Part shown: piece by piece, positions 21,089 through 29,867 of the stretch
Layout of the letters: every line of letters starts with the position of its first letter
Position numbering within the stretch: the stretch's first letter is position 1
Assembly (NCBI GenBank): GCA_043821645.1
Contig: JBDRCO010000118.1
Span: 96,001-160,000, forward strand
Direction: 5' to 3'
Source: Pseudomonadota bacterium
GTDB lineage: Bacteria; Myxococcota; JACRCW01; JAFGSX01
Length of the DNA: 64,000 nucleotides
The notes under the pieces: model-generated
The model's input: the letters and a program-made list of their open reading frames with translations, nothing else
Database searches by the model: none
Told to the model about the DNA's origin: nothing
Position numbers and translations under genes: made by a program

Positions 21089-22156
21089 ATGACCTCCATC
21101 AACCGCCGCGACTTCATCCGCCAGCATTCAAACCAGGACCTGGATCTGCAGAAACTGCGTGACAACCCGGCGGCGCGCCGCGCCCTCGAAGAGGCGGGCT
21201 CCTCGGTCGACGACATCGCCCGCGCCGACTTCAACCGCGACGGCAAGATCAGCGGCGACAACGAGCTGGACGTGCTGTTCGACCGGGTCGACCGCCTGGA
21301 CACCGACGGCAACGCCAACACCGCGATCTCGGTCGATCGCGCGGGCCAGGCCACGCCGGCAGGCAAGGTGGTCAACACCCTCGGCCTGCTGTTCGAGAAC
21401 AGGCCGCAGCGGTCCATCAAGGACCTCCAGGGCAGTGTGGGCGTCGACGGCCGCAACAACGCAGACGACGTGCGGGCCGTGCAGCAGCGGCTCAAGGACC
21501 TGGGCTTTGACGTCAGCGTCGACGGCCAGTGGGGCCGTGGCACGCAGACCGCCGTGCGTGTCTTCGACAGCATGATCAACGGCCACGACGCTGTGAGCAG
21601 CGCCCAGGACACGGTGCGCCCGGGCTCGGCCCTGCACAAGGCGCTGAGCTCGGACAAGGCACCCCGGTGGGAGCGCATGCCGGCCAGTGGCACCGGTTTC
21701 ACCAACATCGACCGCGACGGCTACAGCTACGGTAGCAACCGCATGGCCGACGTCATCCGCGACGCCGGGCAGCGCTACCAAACCAGCTACGGCGCCAACC
21801 ACAGCAGCGCCGCGAACATCGGTACCAACGACGTGTCACGCAAGGAAGGCGGCGCCAACCGCGACCACGACTCGCACCAGGCCGGGCTGGACCTCGACGT
21901 CAGCCTGCCCAACACCTCCGGTGAGCACGGCAGCAAGGTGGGCTGGCGCAACTATGACCGCGAGGCCTCCTACCACATGGTCAAGGCCTTTGCCGAGGAT
22001 CCCCGGGTCGATCGCGTGATCCTCACCGACACCCGCCTGATCCAGTGGGCCAAGGACACCAACCAGGCCTGGGCCGACAAGATTGTCACCGGCGGCAGCG
22101 TCCACAACAACCACATGCACATCGACGTGTCGGGCACGGGCTATCCGGCGGACTGA
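21089..22156 (+). CDS. Protein without signal peptide: shared EF-hand-like N-terminal module + peptidoglycan-binding domain + MepA-like (M74/LAS) murein endopeptidase
   Basis: DFNRDGKIS; DVRAVQQRLKDLGF..VDGQWGRGTQTAV (PG_binding_1-like); NDVS..GG...HDSHQAGLDLD and HNNHMHI Zn ligands; AAGGAG RBS. Confidence 0.85.
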   Translation: MTSINRRDFIRQHSNQDLDLQKLRDNPAARRALEEAGSSVDDIARADFNRDGKISGDNELDVLFDRVDRLDTDGNANTAISVDRAGQATPAGKVVNTLGLLFENRPQRSIKDLQGSVGVDGRNNADDVRAVQQRLKDLGFDVSVDGQWGRGTQTAVRVFDSMINGHDAVSSAQDTVRPGSALHKALSSDKAPRWERMPASGTGFTNIDRDGYSYGSNRMADVIRDAGQRYQTSYGANHSSAANIGTNDVSRKEGGANRDHDSHQAGLDLDVSLPNTSGEHGSKVGWRNYDREASYHMVKAFAEDPRVDRVILTDTRLIQWAKDTNQAWADKIVTGGSVHNNHMHIDVSGTGYPAD

Positions 22157-22159
22157 GCC

Positions 22160-24226
22160 TCAACGCCTGGCGATCTCCTCCAGCAAGGCCGCGGCGCGTG
22201 CTGCCGTCGTCGGCACCTTGTGCGCGATGCCGGCCAGGGCCCGTGCCCCCTCGGTCATCTGCGTGCTGAGCGCCGAGGGCGTGCGACCCCGCTGTTCCAG
22301 GATGGTCGCGAGTTCGATGGCCACGCTGCCCACGGCGTCGGGATCTGCAGGCAGGGCCAGCTCGAGCAGCTCGAGCGCGGGTTCGATGTGTCCACGCCCC
22401 AGCAGCCAGCGCACGGCCGCGTCGAGCTCGCCGGGGCGGGTGGGATCCCGGGCCACCGCGTCCCGGGCCACGCGCTGCACGGCGTCGACGTCCTCGGCGC
22501 GCTTCTCGATGGCCAGCAGGATCCACAGGCCCAGCGGTGCGCGAGAGATGTCCAGGGCCGCCTGTATGGACTGCCGGGCCTGATTCACCTCGTCCGCGGA
22601 GCGTGCCGTGCGCAGACGCAGCTGGGCCTGGGCCTCCAGGTAGCGGCGCTCTCCCGGACGCAGGACCACTGCCTGATCCACCTCGTCACGGGCCCGCAAT
22701 AGCTGGTTGCGCAGACTCGCCACGTAGGAGTTCTTGAGGTGGTGCTCGGCCCGTATCCACTGCACGCCATCGCGCGCCAGCAGGACCGAGGCGAGCACGG
22801 CCCCGGCCACCCCGATCCGCTGCACCATCGCGCCAACGCGCCAGTCCGCGGGCTCGGCATGGCGAAGCCTGTCCAGGGCCAGCAGCGCACCGACCACCGC
22901 GTACTGCCACGGCCCCTGGCCAATGGTGATGAAGTGCAGCAGGTTGAAGCCGACGCCAGCACTCAGACAGGCCACCAGGGCCATGGCCAGCTCGCGCCGT
23001 TCGTCGTCGTCGTCGCGGCGCACCAGCTGCACCCCGCGCCCGACGCTGCCCCAGATCAGCCACAGCCAGGCCACGAAACCCAGCCCGCCCATGCAAGCCA
23101 GCACGTTGATGGCCTCGTTGTGCGCGCGGCGCGCCGACACATTGCCACCGAGGCGGCGATACACCGAGGGCGCGTAGTGCTGTGGCGCTTCGACCGCGTA
23201 GCTGTCCGGACCCGCGCCGAGCAGCGGGTGCTGGGCTGCCAGGGCCAGGCCGGCCTGCCACAGATCCAGCCTGTCCTTTGCGATGGACCGCAGTGGGCGC
23301 GTGAGCGAGCGGCCCACGCGCTGCAGTTGTGGGCCCGCCAGCACCGCTCCGGTCAGCAGGATCAGGACCGCAGCAGCGGTGGCAATCCAGATGCCACGCC
23401 GCAGGCTCGGCGACAGCGGCGCGGCGGTCGTGGTCGCGTCGGTCGGCGCGCGGACGATCAGCCACACGTGCAGGACGAGCCAGACCAGGACCAGGAACAG
23501 GAACAGGATGCCCGTGCGCGAGCCTGACATCACCACGGCGACGCCCGATGCCAGCCCGGCGATGGCAGCGGCGATCTGTACCCAGCGTCGACGGTCGCGC
23601 ATGAAATACACGCACAAGGGCAGCAGCGACACGGTGTAGCCGGCGAAGTAGTTGGGGTTGCCGAAGAATCCGCTGGTCTGATGCGCCGGGATCTCGGCGG
23701 TCATGCCGAACAGGGTGCCGATCTCGTGCCCACCGGCCTCGAGCAGGGCCATTCCCGTCGACGGCAGCGCGCCCAGCACCACGAACAGCAACGCGCGCCG
23801 CAGATCGCCCAGAGTTGGCAAGGCGTAGGCAGCCAGGGCCACCAGCAGGTAGAAAAACTGCGTCTGCAGTCCAGCGTACGAGCCGTACTCGCCCAGCAGG
23901 CTGGTGCTTGGCGCGGCCGCGGTGAGGGTCGACAGGGCCGCCACCCCGAGAAAGGCCGCCACCGGCAGCAGGCGCCAGGCCCAGGGCTTTGCCACACCCT
24001 GGCGTCGGGCATCCCACAGCCAGGCCGCCACCAGGAGCGCGCCGGCGCAGCGCAGGAAGATCAGCTTGGGCGTCTCGTACTCATCGGTGCTGTGGAGGTC
24101 GAGGAGCAGTGGCTGGATGAACAGAGTCAGGCCGAGCAGCGCGGGCAGAAGGCGCCACGGTGTGGGTGTCGCGGCTGCACGCACCGCTGCTTGTTCCGTG
24201 CTGCCTCGTCGCCGCGCCCTGGCCAT
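22160..24226 (-). CDS. O-antigen ligase / Wzy_C family membrane protein with C-terminal TPR-like helices
   Basis: Multiple TM segments; GFFGNPNYFAGY, SGSRTG, RLDLW, HPLLGAGPDSY and RAHNE; GGAGG RBS. Confidence 0.85.
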   Translation of the reverse strand: MARARRRGSTEQAAVRAAATPTPWRLLPALLGLTLFIQPLLLDLHSTDEYETPKLIFLRCAGALLVAAWLWDARRQGVAKPWAWRLLPVAAFLGVAALSTLTAAAPSTSLLGEYGSYAGLQTQFFYLLVALAAYALPTLGDLRRALLFVVLGALPSTGMALLEAGGHEIGTLFGMTAEIPAHQTSGFFGNPNYFAGYTVSLLPLCVYFMRDRRRWVQIAAAIAGLASGVAVVMSGSRTGILFLFLVLVWLVLHVWLIVRAPTDATTTAAPLSPSLRRGIWIATAAAVLILLTGAVLAGPQLQRVGRSLTRPLRSIAKDRLDLWQAGLALAAQHPLLGAGPDSYAVEAPQHYAPSVYRRLGGNVSARRAHNEAINVLACMGGLGFVAWLWLIWGSVGRGVQLVRRDDDDERRELAMALVACLSAGVGFNLLHFITIGQGPWQYAVVGALLALDRLRHAEPADWRVGAMVQRIGVAGAVLASVLLARDGVQWIRAEHHLKNSYVASLRNQLLRARDEVDQAVVLRPGERRYLEAQAQLRLRTARSADEVNQARQSIQAALDISRAPLGLWILLAIEKRAEDVDAVQRVARDAVARDPTRPGELDAAVRWLLGRGHIEPALELLELALPADPDAVGSVAIELATILEQRGRTPSALSTQMTEGARALAGIAHKVPTTAARAAALLEEIARR

Positions 24227-24444
24227 GTTCACGCCCTCCGCTGCGGATCTGCGACGCGCATGCTGACCTCCGCTGCTTCGCGACGCAAGACCGTGCTGCA
24301 TTTTTGACGCGCGTCCACCGCGGCGTGGCGACCCGATCAGAATCACGCCTTGACCCGGCGACGGGCTCGGACTAAACGAAGCGGTCTCAAGAGGGGCCTG
24401 TACCCTGGCCCCGACTGCGCCATCTGCACAGGAGGAGTATCGCG

Positions 24445-25611
24445 ATGCATCGCATTGCCATTGCCATCGTGGTGGTGAGCGCCCTGTTCGTGCTGGGCTG
24501 CCCGCCGGCCAAGGACCAGAAGCCTGCTGACGACGGAAAGGCCCCGCCGACCGAGCCTGTGGCCGGTGCCGCCAAGTCCGTGGCCGAGGTCAACGGGATC
24601 GCCATCTCGGCCGAAGAATTCGAGCAGCAGTTCTCGCGTACCCGAGATCGCTTCAAGCAGAACAACCGCGACATCCCCCCGGCACTCGAGGTCAGGCTCA
24701 AGGAGAACATCCTGCGCCGGCTGGTCGAGGACGAGCTGATCGCGCAGAAGGCCAAGGCCGAGGGCGTGGCCCTCACCGACGAGGAATTCGAGGCGCGTTT
24801 TGCCGAGCACCGCAAGCGCTTCGGCACCCAGCAGGCCTACGATGACTTCCTCAAGCGCACCAACCAGACCGAGGATCAGCTGCGCGGCGAGCTCAAGAAG
24901 AGCCTGCTGCGCGAGCGCCTGTACTCCAAGCTGGTGCCGGATGCCGAGCCCGCCGAGGCTGACATCAAGGCCTACTACGACCAGAACCTCAAGCGCTTCA
25001 TGGAGCCCGAGCAGGTGCAGGCCTCGCACGTCCTGCTCAGCTACAAGGACAGCGATCCCGACCCGGTCAAGAAGGAGAAGCTGGCCACCTGCAAGAAGGT
25101 GCTCGCCGACGCCAAGAAAAAGGGCGCCGACTTCGCCGAGCTGGCGCGCAAGTTCAGCGAGGGCCCCACGGCTCCGCGCGGTGGCGACCTGGGTCTGTTC
25201 CCGCGTGGCCGCATGGTGCCGCCCTTCGAGGAAGCCGTGTTCAAGGCCAAGCCAGGCCAGATCGTGGGCCCGGTCGAGACCCAGTTCGGCTGCCACGTGA
25301 TCAAGGTCGTCGACAAGAAGCCCGAGCGCCAGCGGCCCTTCGACGAGGTCAAGGCCTCCGTCGTGGCGACCCTCAAGGCCATCAAGAAGAGCGAGCAGAC
25401 CCGCACCCTGCTCAACGAGCTGCGCCGCACGGCCCAGGTCAAGGTGCTGGATCCCGCACTCAGCTACCAGCCCCCGGTCGAGCCCGTGATGCCGCCCCCT
25501 GCGACGCCCGGCAGCCAGCCCGCGACGGGAATCGCCCCTTCGATGCCCATGCCCATGCCGACCCCTGCGCCTGCACCTGCCCCCGCTCCGGCTCCGACGC
25601 CCGCACCCTAA
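24445..25611 (+). CDS. Parvulin-type peptidyl-prolyl isomerase (SurA/PrsA-like foldase), lipoprotein
   Basis: VLG-C lipobox; VAEVNGIAIS, QASHVL, FAELARKFSE, GGDLG, ETQFGCHVIKV; Pro/Ala tail; AGGAGGAG RBS. Confidence 0.92.
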   Translation: MHRIAIAIVVVSALFVLGCPPAKDQKPADDGKAPPTEPVAGAAKSVAEVNGIAISAEEFEQQFSRTRDRFKQNNRDIPPALEVRLKENILRRLVEDELIAQKAKAEGVALTDEEFEARFAEHRKRFGTQQAYDDFLKRTNQTEDQLRGELKKSLLRERLYSKLVPDAEPAEADIKAYYDQNLKRFMEPEQVQASHVLLSYKDSDPDPVKKEKLATCKKVLADAKKKGADFAELARKFSEGPTAPRGGDLGLFPRGRMVPPFEEAVFKAKPGQIVGPVETQFGCHVIKVVDKKPERQRPFDEVKASVVATLKAIKKSEQTRTLLNELRRTAQVKVLDPALSYQPPVEPVMPPPATPGSQPATGIAPSMPMPMPTPAPAPAPAPAPTPAP

Positions 25612-25741
25612 GCAGGTCGTACGTCCACAATCGGGACCTTCGTTCCACGTTCCACATCGATGCGCTGCGCCTGTGGCAGCCCAGATGAACTCCGTCTTTT
25701 TGTAGCCCGAGCAGGCCAGGTCGTTGCATCCCCTCGCCACG

Positions 25742-25800
25742 ACTTGGAACTTGGAACTTGGAACTTGGAACTGGGAACTGGGAACGGGGAACGGGGAACG
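25742..25800. repeat. Heptanucleotide tandem repeat, 8 units: (ACTTGGA)4(ACTGGGA)2(ACGGGGA)2
   Basis: Read directly from the sequence; intergenic between convergent genes. Confidence 0.95.
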
Positions 25801-25819
25801 CTGACCGCCGTGGCCTGCC

Positions 25820-26602
25820 CTACCAGTCCGTGCGCTTGAGCTCAGCCAGGAATTCTTCCTTGGTCACGTAGCCCTTGCGCGCGAGGGTGCGCATGAGCGC
25901 CCAGAACTTGCGTTCGAGGGCGTCGATGCGCTCGATGTCGACCTGGGAGATCACCGAGTTGTTGCGCCCCAGGCGCCGTGCGGCCTCGAGCTCGGCCAGG
26001 GCTGTGCGATCGGTGACCTCGTCGCTGAGCTCGACGACAGGCGGGATCGCGCCATCGGGCCCCATCTCCACCACTTCCTCGACGCCCCCCCTGCGGAACA
26101 GGGTCATGTTGTCCTGGCCAGGTCTTTCGATCTGGAAACGCAGGGGCGCGATCTGCACCCGGTCGCCGCGGTAGTAGCGCTGCACGGCCTGGTTGATGCT
26201 GGAGATCTGCGCCAGCACCGGATGCACGGTGGCGCCGGTGGTGAACTCGAGTTCCTCGAGGGCGGCGAGGTTGAGGGGATCGCTCATGGCCACGGTCAGA
26301 TGCTTGCGCCCCTTCTCGATCTTGAGATCGATGGGGATCAGGTCGTGGCTTTCACACAGACCCACGGGAACCAGGCGCAGCGAGTCCTTGCTGATGCTGA
26401 CCCGGGACAGATCCACCATGGGGATGCCCAGGCTCTCGCTCAGCACCTTGGTCAGCAAGCCCTCGGAGATGAAGCCCTTGGCCACCATGGCGACGCCGAG
26501 GCGGTGGCCCCACTGGCGCTGGTAGGCCAGGGCCGAGTTCAGCTGCTCCTCGTCGATGACGCCGCCCTCGATCAGGATCTCGCCGAGTTTTTTCTTGGCC
26601 AT
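25820..26602 (-). CDS. MshEN / GspE-PilB N-terminal domain protein without an ATPase domain (probable c-di-GMP receptor)
   Basis: Tandem MshEN motifs KLGEILIEGGVIDEEQLNSALAYQ and RLGVAMVAKGFI; VAMSDPLN (T2SSE_N); no Walker motifs. Confidence 0.85.
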   Translation of the reverse strand: MAKKKLGEILIEGGVIDEEQLNSALAYQRQWGHRLGVAMVAKGFISEGLLTKVLSESLGIPMVDLSRVSISKDSLRLVPVGLCESHDLIPIDLKIEKGRKHLTVAMSDPLNLAALEELEFTTGATVHPVLAQISSINQAVQRYYRGDRVQIAPLRFQIERPGQDNMTLFRRGGVEEVVEMGPDGAIPPVVELSDEVTDRTALAELEAARRLGRNNSVISQVDIERIDALERKFWALMRTLARKGYVTKEEFLAELKRTDW

Positions 26603-26899
26603 GCGCTGTCCGCCGTCTCTGTTCCAGGCCGCTAGATCGGCCTCGATGCCGTCGACAAGCCGTCTCGAAAGACAGATCTTGACGCGAAGGAACCCGATGT
26701 TTCCACTGTCTTGCACGCAGTGTCCTCGCGCCCGCGCTGTCCGTCAAGAAGTCCAGCACCGGGGGGCTTGTACACGGGCAGTGAGCGCGGCTTGTGGGGC
26801 CCCATTCTTTTTGCTAGTAGTGCGCATCCTAAATGGGCGCTCAGGCTGCAGGGCAGGCTCGGTCCTGCAACGGCGCGTCCGAAGCGATGGAGCACGGTC

Positions 26900-28846
26900 A
26901 TGAAATCGGTTGTCTCTGGCAAGGTCTCGCTCGCCCTCGCCCTGTCCTCGCTGGTGCTGTGGGGCTGCAACTGCAATCCACCTCCGGAGACCTTCGACGC
27001 CACGCCCCCCCGGCGCGACACCGGCTTCATCCCTTTTGACGCGGGCAACCCGGACACCAGCGTCAACCGCGACTCTGCCACGGCTACCGACACCGCCACC
27101 GGCACCGACACCGCCGTGGCGCACGACGCCGCCACCGGCACCGACACCACCGTGGCGCACGACGCCGCCACCGGCACCGACAGCGCGACCACCAGCGACT
27201 CCGGCAGCACCGGCAACGACGCCACCACCACCGGCGACGCCGCCGTGGCGCCGGGGCGCGGTGAGGTCTGCACCCAGGGCTCCTGCAACGCGCCCTACAC
27301 CTGTGTGATCCCGCAGGGCCAGACCGAGGGCTACTGCCTGCAGGCGTGCAGCGGTGTGGGGACCTGCAGCGGCCGCACCCAGGCCTGCCTGGAGCTGGAT
27401 CCCTCGATCCCGGGCACCTACTGCCTGGATCGCGTGCCCCGCGGTTCCTCCTGCTTCGATGTGTACACCGTGTGCGCCGTCGGCACCGACTGCTACGTCA
27501 CCGCCGAGGACGACCAGGGCTATCCCACCGAGGCCCTGTGCAAGCAGACCTGTGACGTCGGCGGCAGCACCTGCAGCAGCGGCAATGCCGACGCTGGTGT
27601 GGCGGCCGAGAGCTGCCTGGCCTCGGGCTACGTCGACCTCGAGTACGACAGCTCGGACAATCCCATCATCTGTGATCAGAACCCCACGGCGTGCACCACG
27701 GCCAGCGGCTACGAGTGCATGGACCTGCGCACCAGCGACGGCCGCACGGTCAAGGCCTGCGCCAAGTCACTCGGATGGTGTGGCGCTGCGGGCGGTCCCG
27801 GCGACACCTGCGACGAGGCCCAGGATCTGTACTGCGGCGACATCACCGATCCGCTGCCCAGCAACAACCAGGACCCGGCCTTCGGCATCTGCGACAGCGT
27901 GTGCTGGTACATCTGCTTCATCCCGGCCCAGTACTCGTCGAGCGGTGCCGACGTTAACCTGGACTGCCCGACCAGCATGGCTTGTGTCGCGGGCGGGCCA
28001 TACTCCGACATCGGCGTCAAGGTTTGCGACCACGGCTTCGACGCTGGCACGCCGATCGACGCCGGGACCACCCCCGATTCGGCCACCGGCGCCGACGCGG
28101 CAATGCCTGATGCCGCGGGCACCGACACCGCCATGCCGGACGCCACGGGCACCGACGCCAGCACCTGCGCGCCCTGTGGCAACATCACCTTCGTCGGGGA
28201 ATGCAACACGGACGTGTTGACCTGGTGCAACCCGGACGGCTGCCTGCAAAGCTATGACTGCAGCACCGACAGCGCGGGCGGATCGCCCCTGCACTGCGCC
28301 CAGTTCAACCCGACCTGGGGCTTTGACTGCCTGGCCGGCGCCGGCCAGCCCTGCAACCCTGACTACCCGAACCGCCCCACCAGCCCCAACGCGCCGGTGT
28401 CACCTGGTTGCGATCCCACGGCCGGCACCTGCAGCCCCACCAGCTTTGTGTGCGGCCCCGCGGCGGACGGCGGCGTGGTCACGGTCGACGCCGGGACCGG
28501 CACCGACGCGGGCCAGACCTGCCTGCCCTGCACGGTCAATGCTCAGCCGGTCGACGACATGGGCACCTGCGACAACGACATCCTTTACTGGTGCAATCCC
28601 GAAAACTGCCTGGCGGACTACGACTGCGCGGACGACAGCCGCCACTGCGCCAGCGGCGCCTACTCGGGCCCTCCGGGCAGCTTCACCTGGTACGACTGCA
28701 TGAGCGCGGTGGGCCAGAGCTGCATGACCATCAACGACTACTTCACGCGTCTGACCTCGGGTCAGTCTGTGGATTTCCTGTGCGATCCGGACACCACCTC
28801 CGGCTGCAACGCCCAAGCAGGCAGCCTGGGTGTCTGCACGCAGTGA
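26900..28846 (+). CDS. Cys-rich myxobacterial-type lipoprotein with Asp/Thr/Ala-rich linkers
   Basis: LWG-C lipobox; many Cys modules; duplicated C-terminal unit (GxCxxDxLxWCNPxxCLxxYDC); GGAG RBS. Confidence 0.8.
   Translation: MKSVVSGKVSLALALSSLVLWGCNCNPPPETFDATPPRRDTGFIPFDAGNPDTSVNRDSATATDTATGTDTAVAHDAATGTDTTVAHDAATGTDSATTSDSGSTGNDATTTGDAAVAPGRGEVCTQGSCNAPYTCVIPQGQTEGYCLQACSGVGTCSGRTQACLELDPSIPGTYCLDRVPRGSSCFDVYTVCAVGTDCYVTAEDDQGYPTEALCKQTCDVGGSTCSSGNADAGVAAESCLASGYVDLEYDSSDNPIICDQNPTACTTASGYECMDLRTSDGRTVKACAKSLGWCGAAGGPGDTCDEAQDLYCGDITDPLPSNNQDPAFGICDSVCWYICFIPAQYSSSGADVNLDCPTSMACVAGGPYSDIGVKVCDHGFDAGTPIDAGTTPDSATGADAAMPDAAGTDTAMPDATGTDASTCAPCGNITFVGECNTDVLTWCNPDGCLQSYDCSTDSAGGSPLHCAQFNPTWGFDCLAGAGQPCNPDYPNRPTSPNAPVSPGCDPTAGTCSPTSFVCGPAADGGVVTVDAGTGTDAGQTCLPCTVNAQPVDDMGTCDNDILYWCNPENCLADYDCADDSRHCASGAYSGPPGSFTWYDCMSAVGQSCMTINDYFTRLTSGQSVDFLCDPDTTSGCNAQAGSLGVCTQ
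27095..27182 (+). repeat. 36-bp coding tandem repeat (about 2.4 copies, encoding ATGTDTxVAHDA)
   Basis: GCCACCGGCACCGACA recurs at 27095, 27131 and 27167. Confidence 0.9.
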
Positions 28847-28897
28847 CCGCAAGAACCCTGGCCCGCTCGACGGAGCCCGCCACACGCGAGGGAGTGC

Positions 28898-29614
28898 ATG
28901 GGATCGGATGAACGCCGCGGTGGACCTCGCCTGGACCTGCGCCTGCGCGCGCGCATCGTCGACGACGAGGCGTTCCCGGAGGCCGAGGCCACCGACATCT
29001 CGCCAGGTGGCGCACGCCTCGAAAGCCGGGTGCCGCTGGATCCAGACTCCGTGATCCACCTGTCCATGGACGCCGGCGACGGCGAGCCAGTGGAGGCCGT
29101 GGCCACGGTGGCCTGGTGCCGACCGCGCAAGGGGGTCTCGCTGCGCAAGCTCTACGACATCGGCGTCAGCTTCGACACCGAGTGGTTGAGCCAGAAGCGT
29201 GGCAAGCTCGGGCGTGCCCTGGGACGTATCTTCTCGTTCAGCGAGTTCGAGCCTGCGCGCGCCTACGAGCGCGTGCTGGTGACCCTGCGTGCCGACAGTG
29301 TCGACGGGGCAGACCAGGCCCTCACCGTGGTCGACCTGTCCGAGGGCGGCATGCAACTGCGCTGCGAGGACGCCCTGGGCGCGCAGGTGCACACCGGCGC
29401 CACGGTGGTGGTCGAGATCCCGGCCGGCGATACCACCTACAGCATCGATGGCGTCATCATGTGGGTGGCCCAGCCCGAGGGCGCGGATCGCACGCTCTTC
29501 GCCTCCTTTGGCGTGCGCTTCAACGATCTCGGTGATGATGAGCAGCGCGTGTTGCGCGAGATCATGAACGGCGAGATGACCCCCAACGGGATCTCGATCT
29601 TCCTGGCTGGCTGA
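28898..29614 (+). CDS. Tandem PilZ domain protein
   Basis: Two RxxxR...DxSxGG motifs (RRGGPR/DISPGG and RAYER/DLSEGG), followed by VAWCR / IMWV and GVxF strands. Confidence 0.88.
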   Translation: MGSDERRGGPRLDLRLRARIVDDEAFPEAEATDISPGGARLESRVPLDPDSVIHLSMDAGDGEPVEAVATVAWCRPRKGVSLRKLYDIGVSFDTEWLSQKRGKLGRALGRIFSFSEFEPARAYERVLVTLRADSVDGADQALTVVDLSEGGMQLRCEDALGAQVHTGATVVVEIPAGDTTYSIDGVIMWVAQPEGADRTLFASFGVRFNDLGDDEQRVLREIMNGEMTPNGISIFLAG

Positions 29615-29646
29615 TGTTCGAAGCGGCGGTCGGCCGCATCTTTCCT

Positions 29647-29860
29647 CTCGTTTCCAGCTTTCGACGAGATCCGCGAGCAACGAGCCCGGGGGCGATGGGA
29701 TCCCGCGTCGCGAGAACAGGCTGTTCGGGACCCGTCCGAGCTTGCCTCAAGCAAGTTCGTCGACGGGTGAATCCTCTGGCTCGAGTGGCGCGGGATCCCA
29801 TCGTCACCGGGCGGCACCAACACCGTGACAGGCGATCGGTGCACAATCCGAGGAAACGGG
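29647..29860 (+). repeat. Long nested imperfect inverted repeat (rod-like hairpin) between convergent genes
   Basis: 29684-29711 pairs with 29785-29812; inner stem 29730-29745/29751-29768; outer stem 29647-29655/29852-29860. Confidence 0.75.
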
Positions 29861-29867
29861 ATGGATA

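Noticed and set aside
25641-25656. CGTTCCACGT as a parS site
   Set aside because: Only a half-site; better explained as inverted heptamer units.
25742-25800. CRISPR array
   Set aside because: Contiguous 7-bp units without spacers, and no cas genes in the window.
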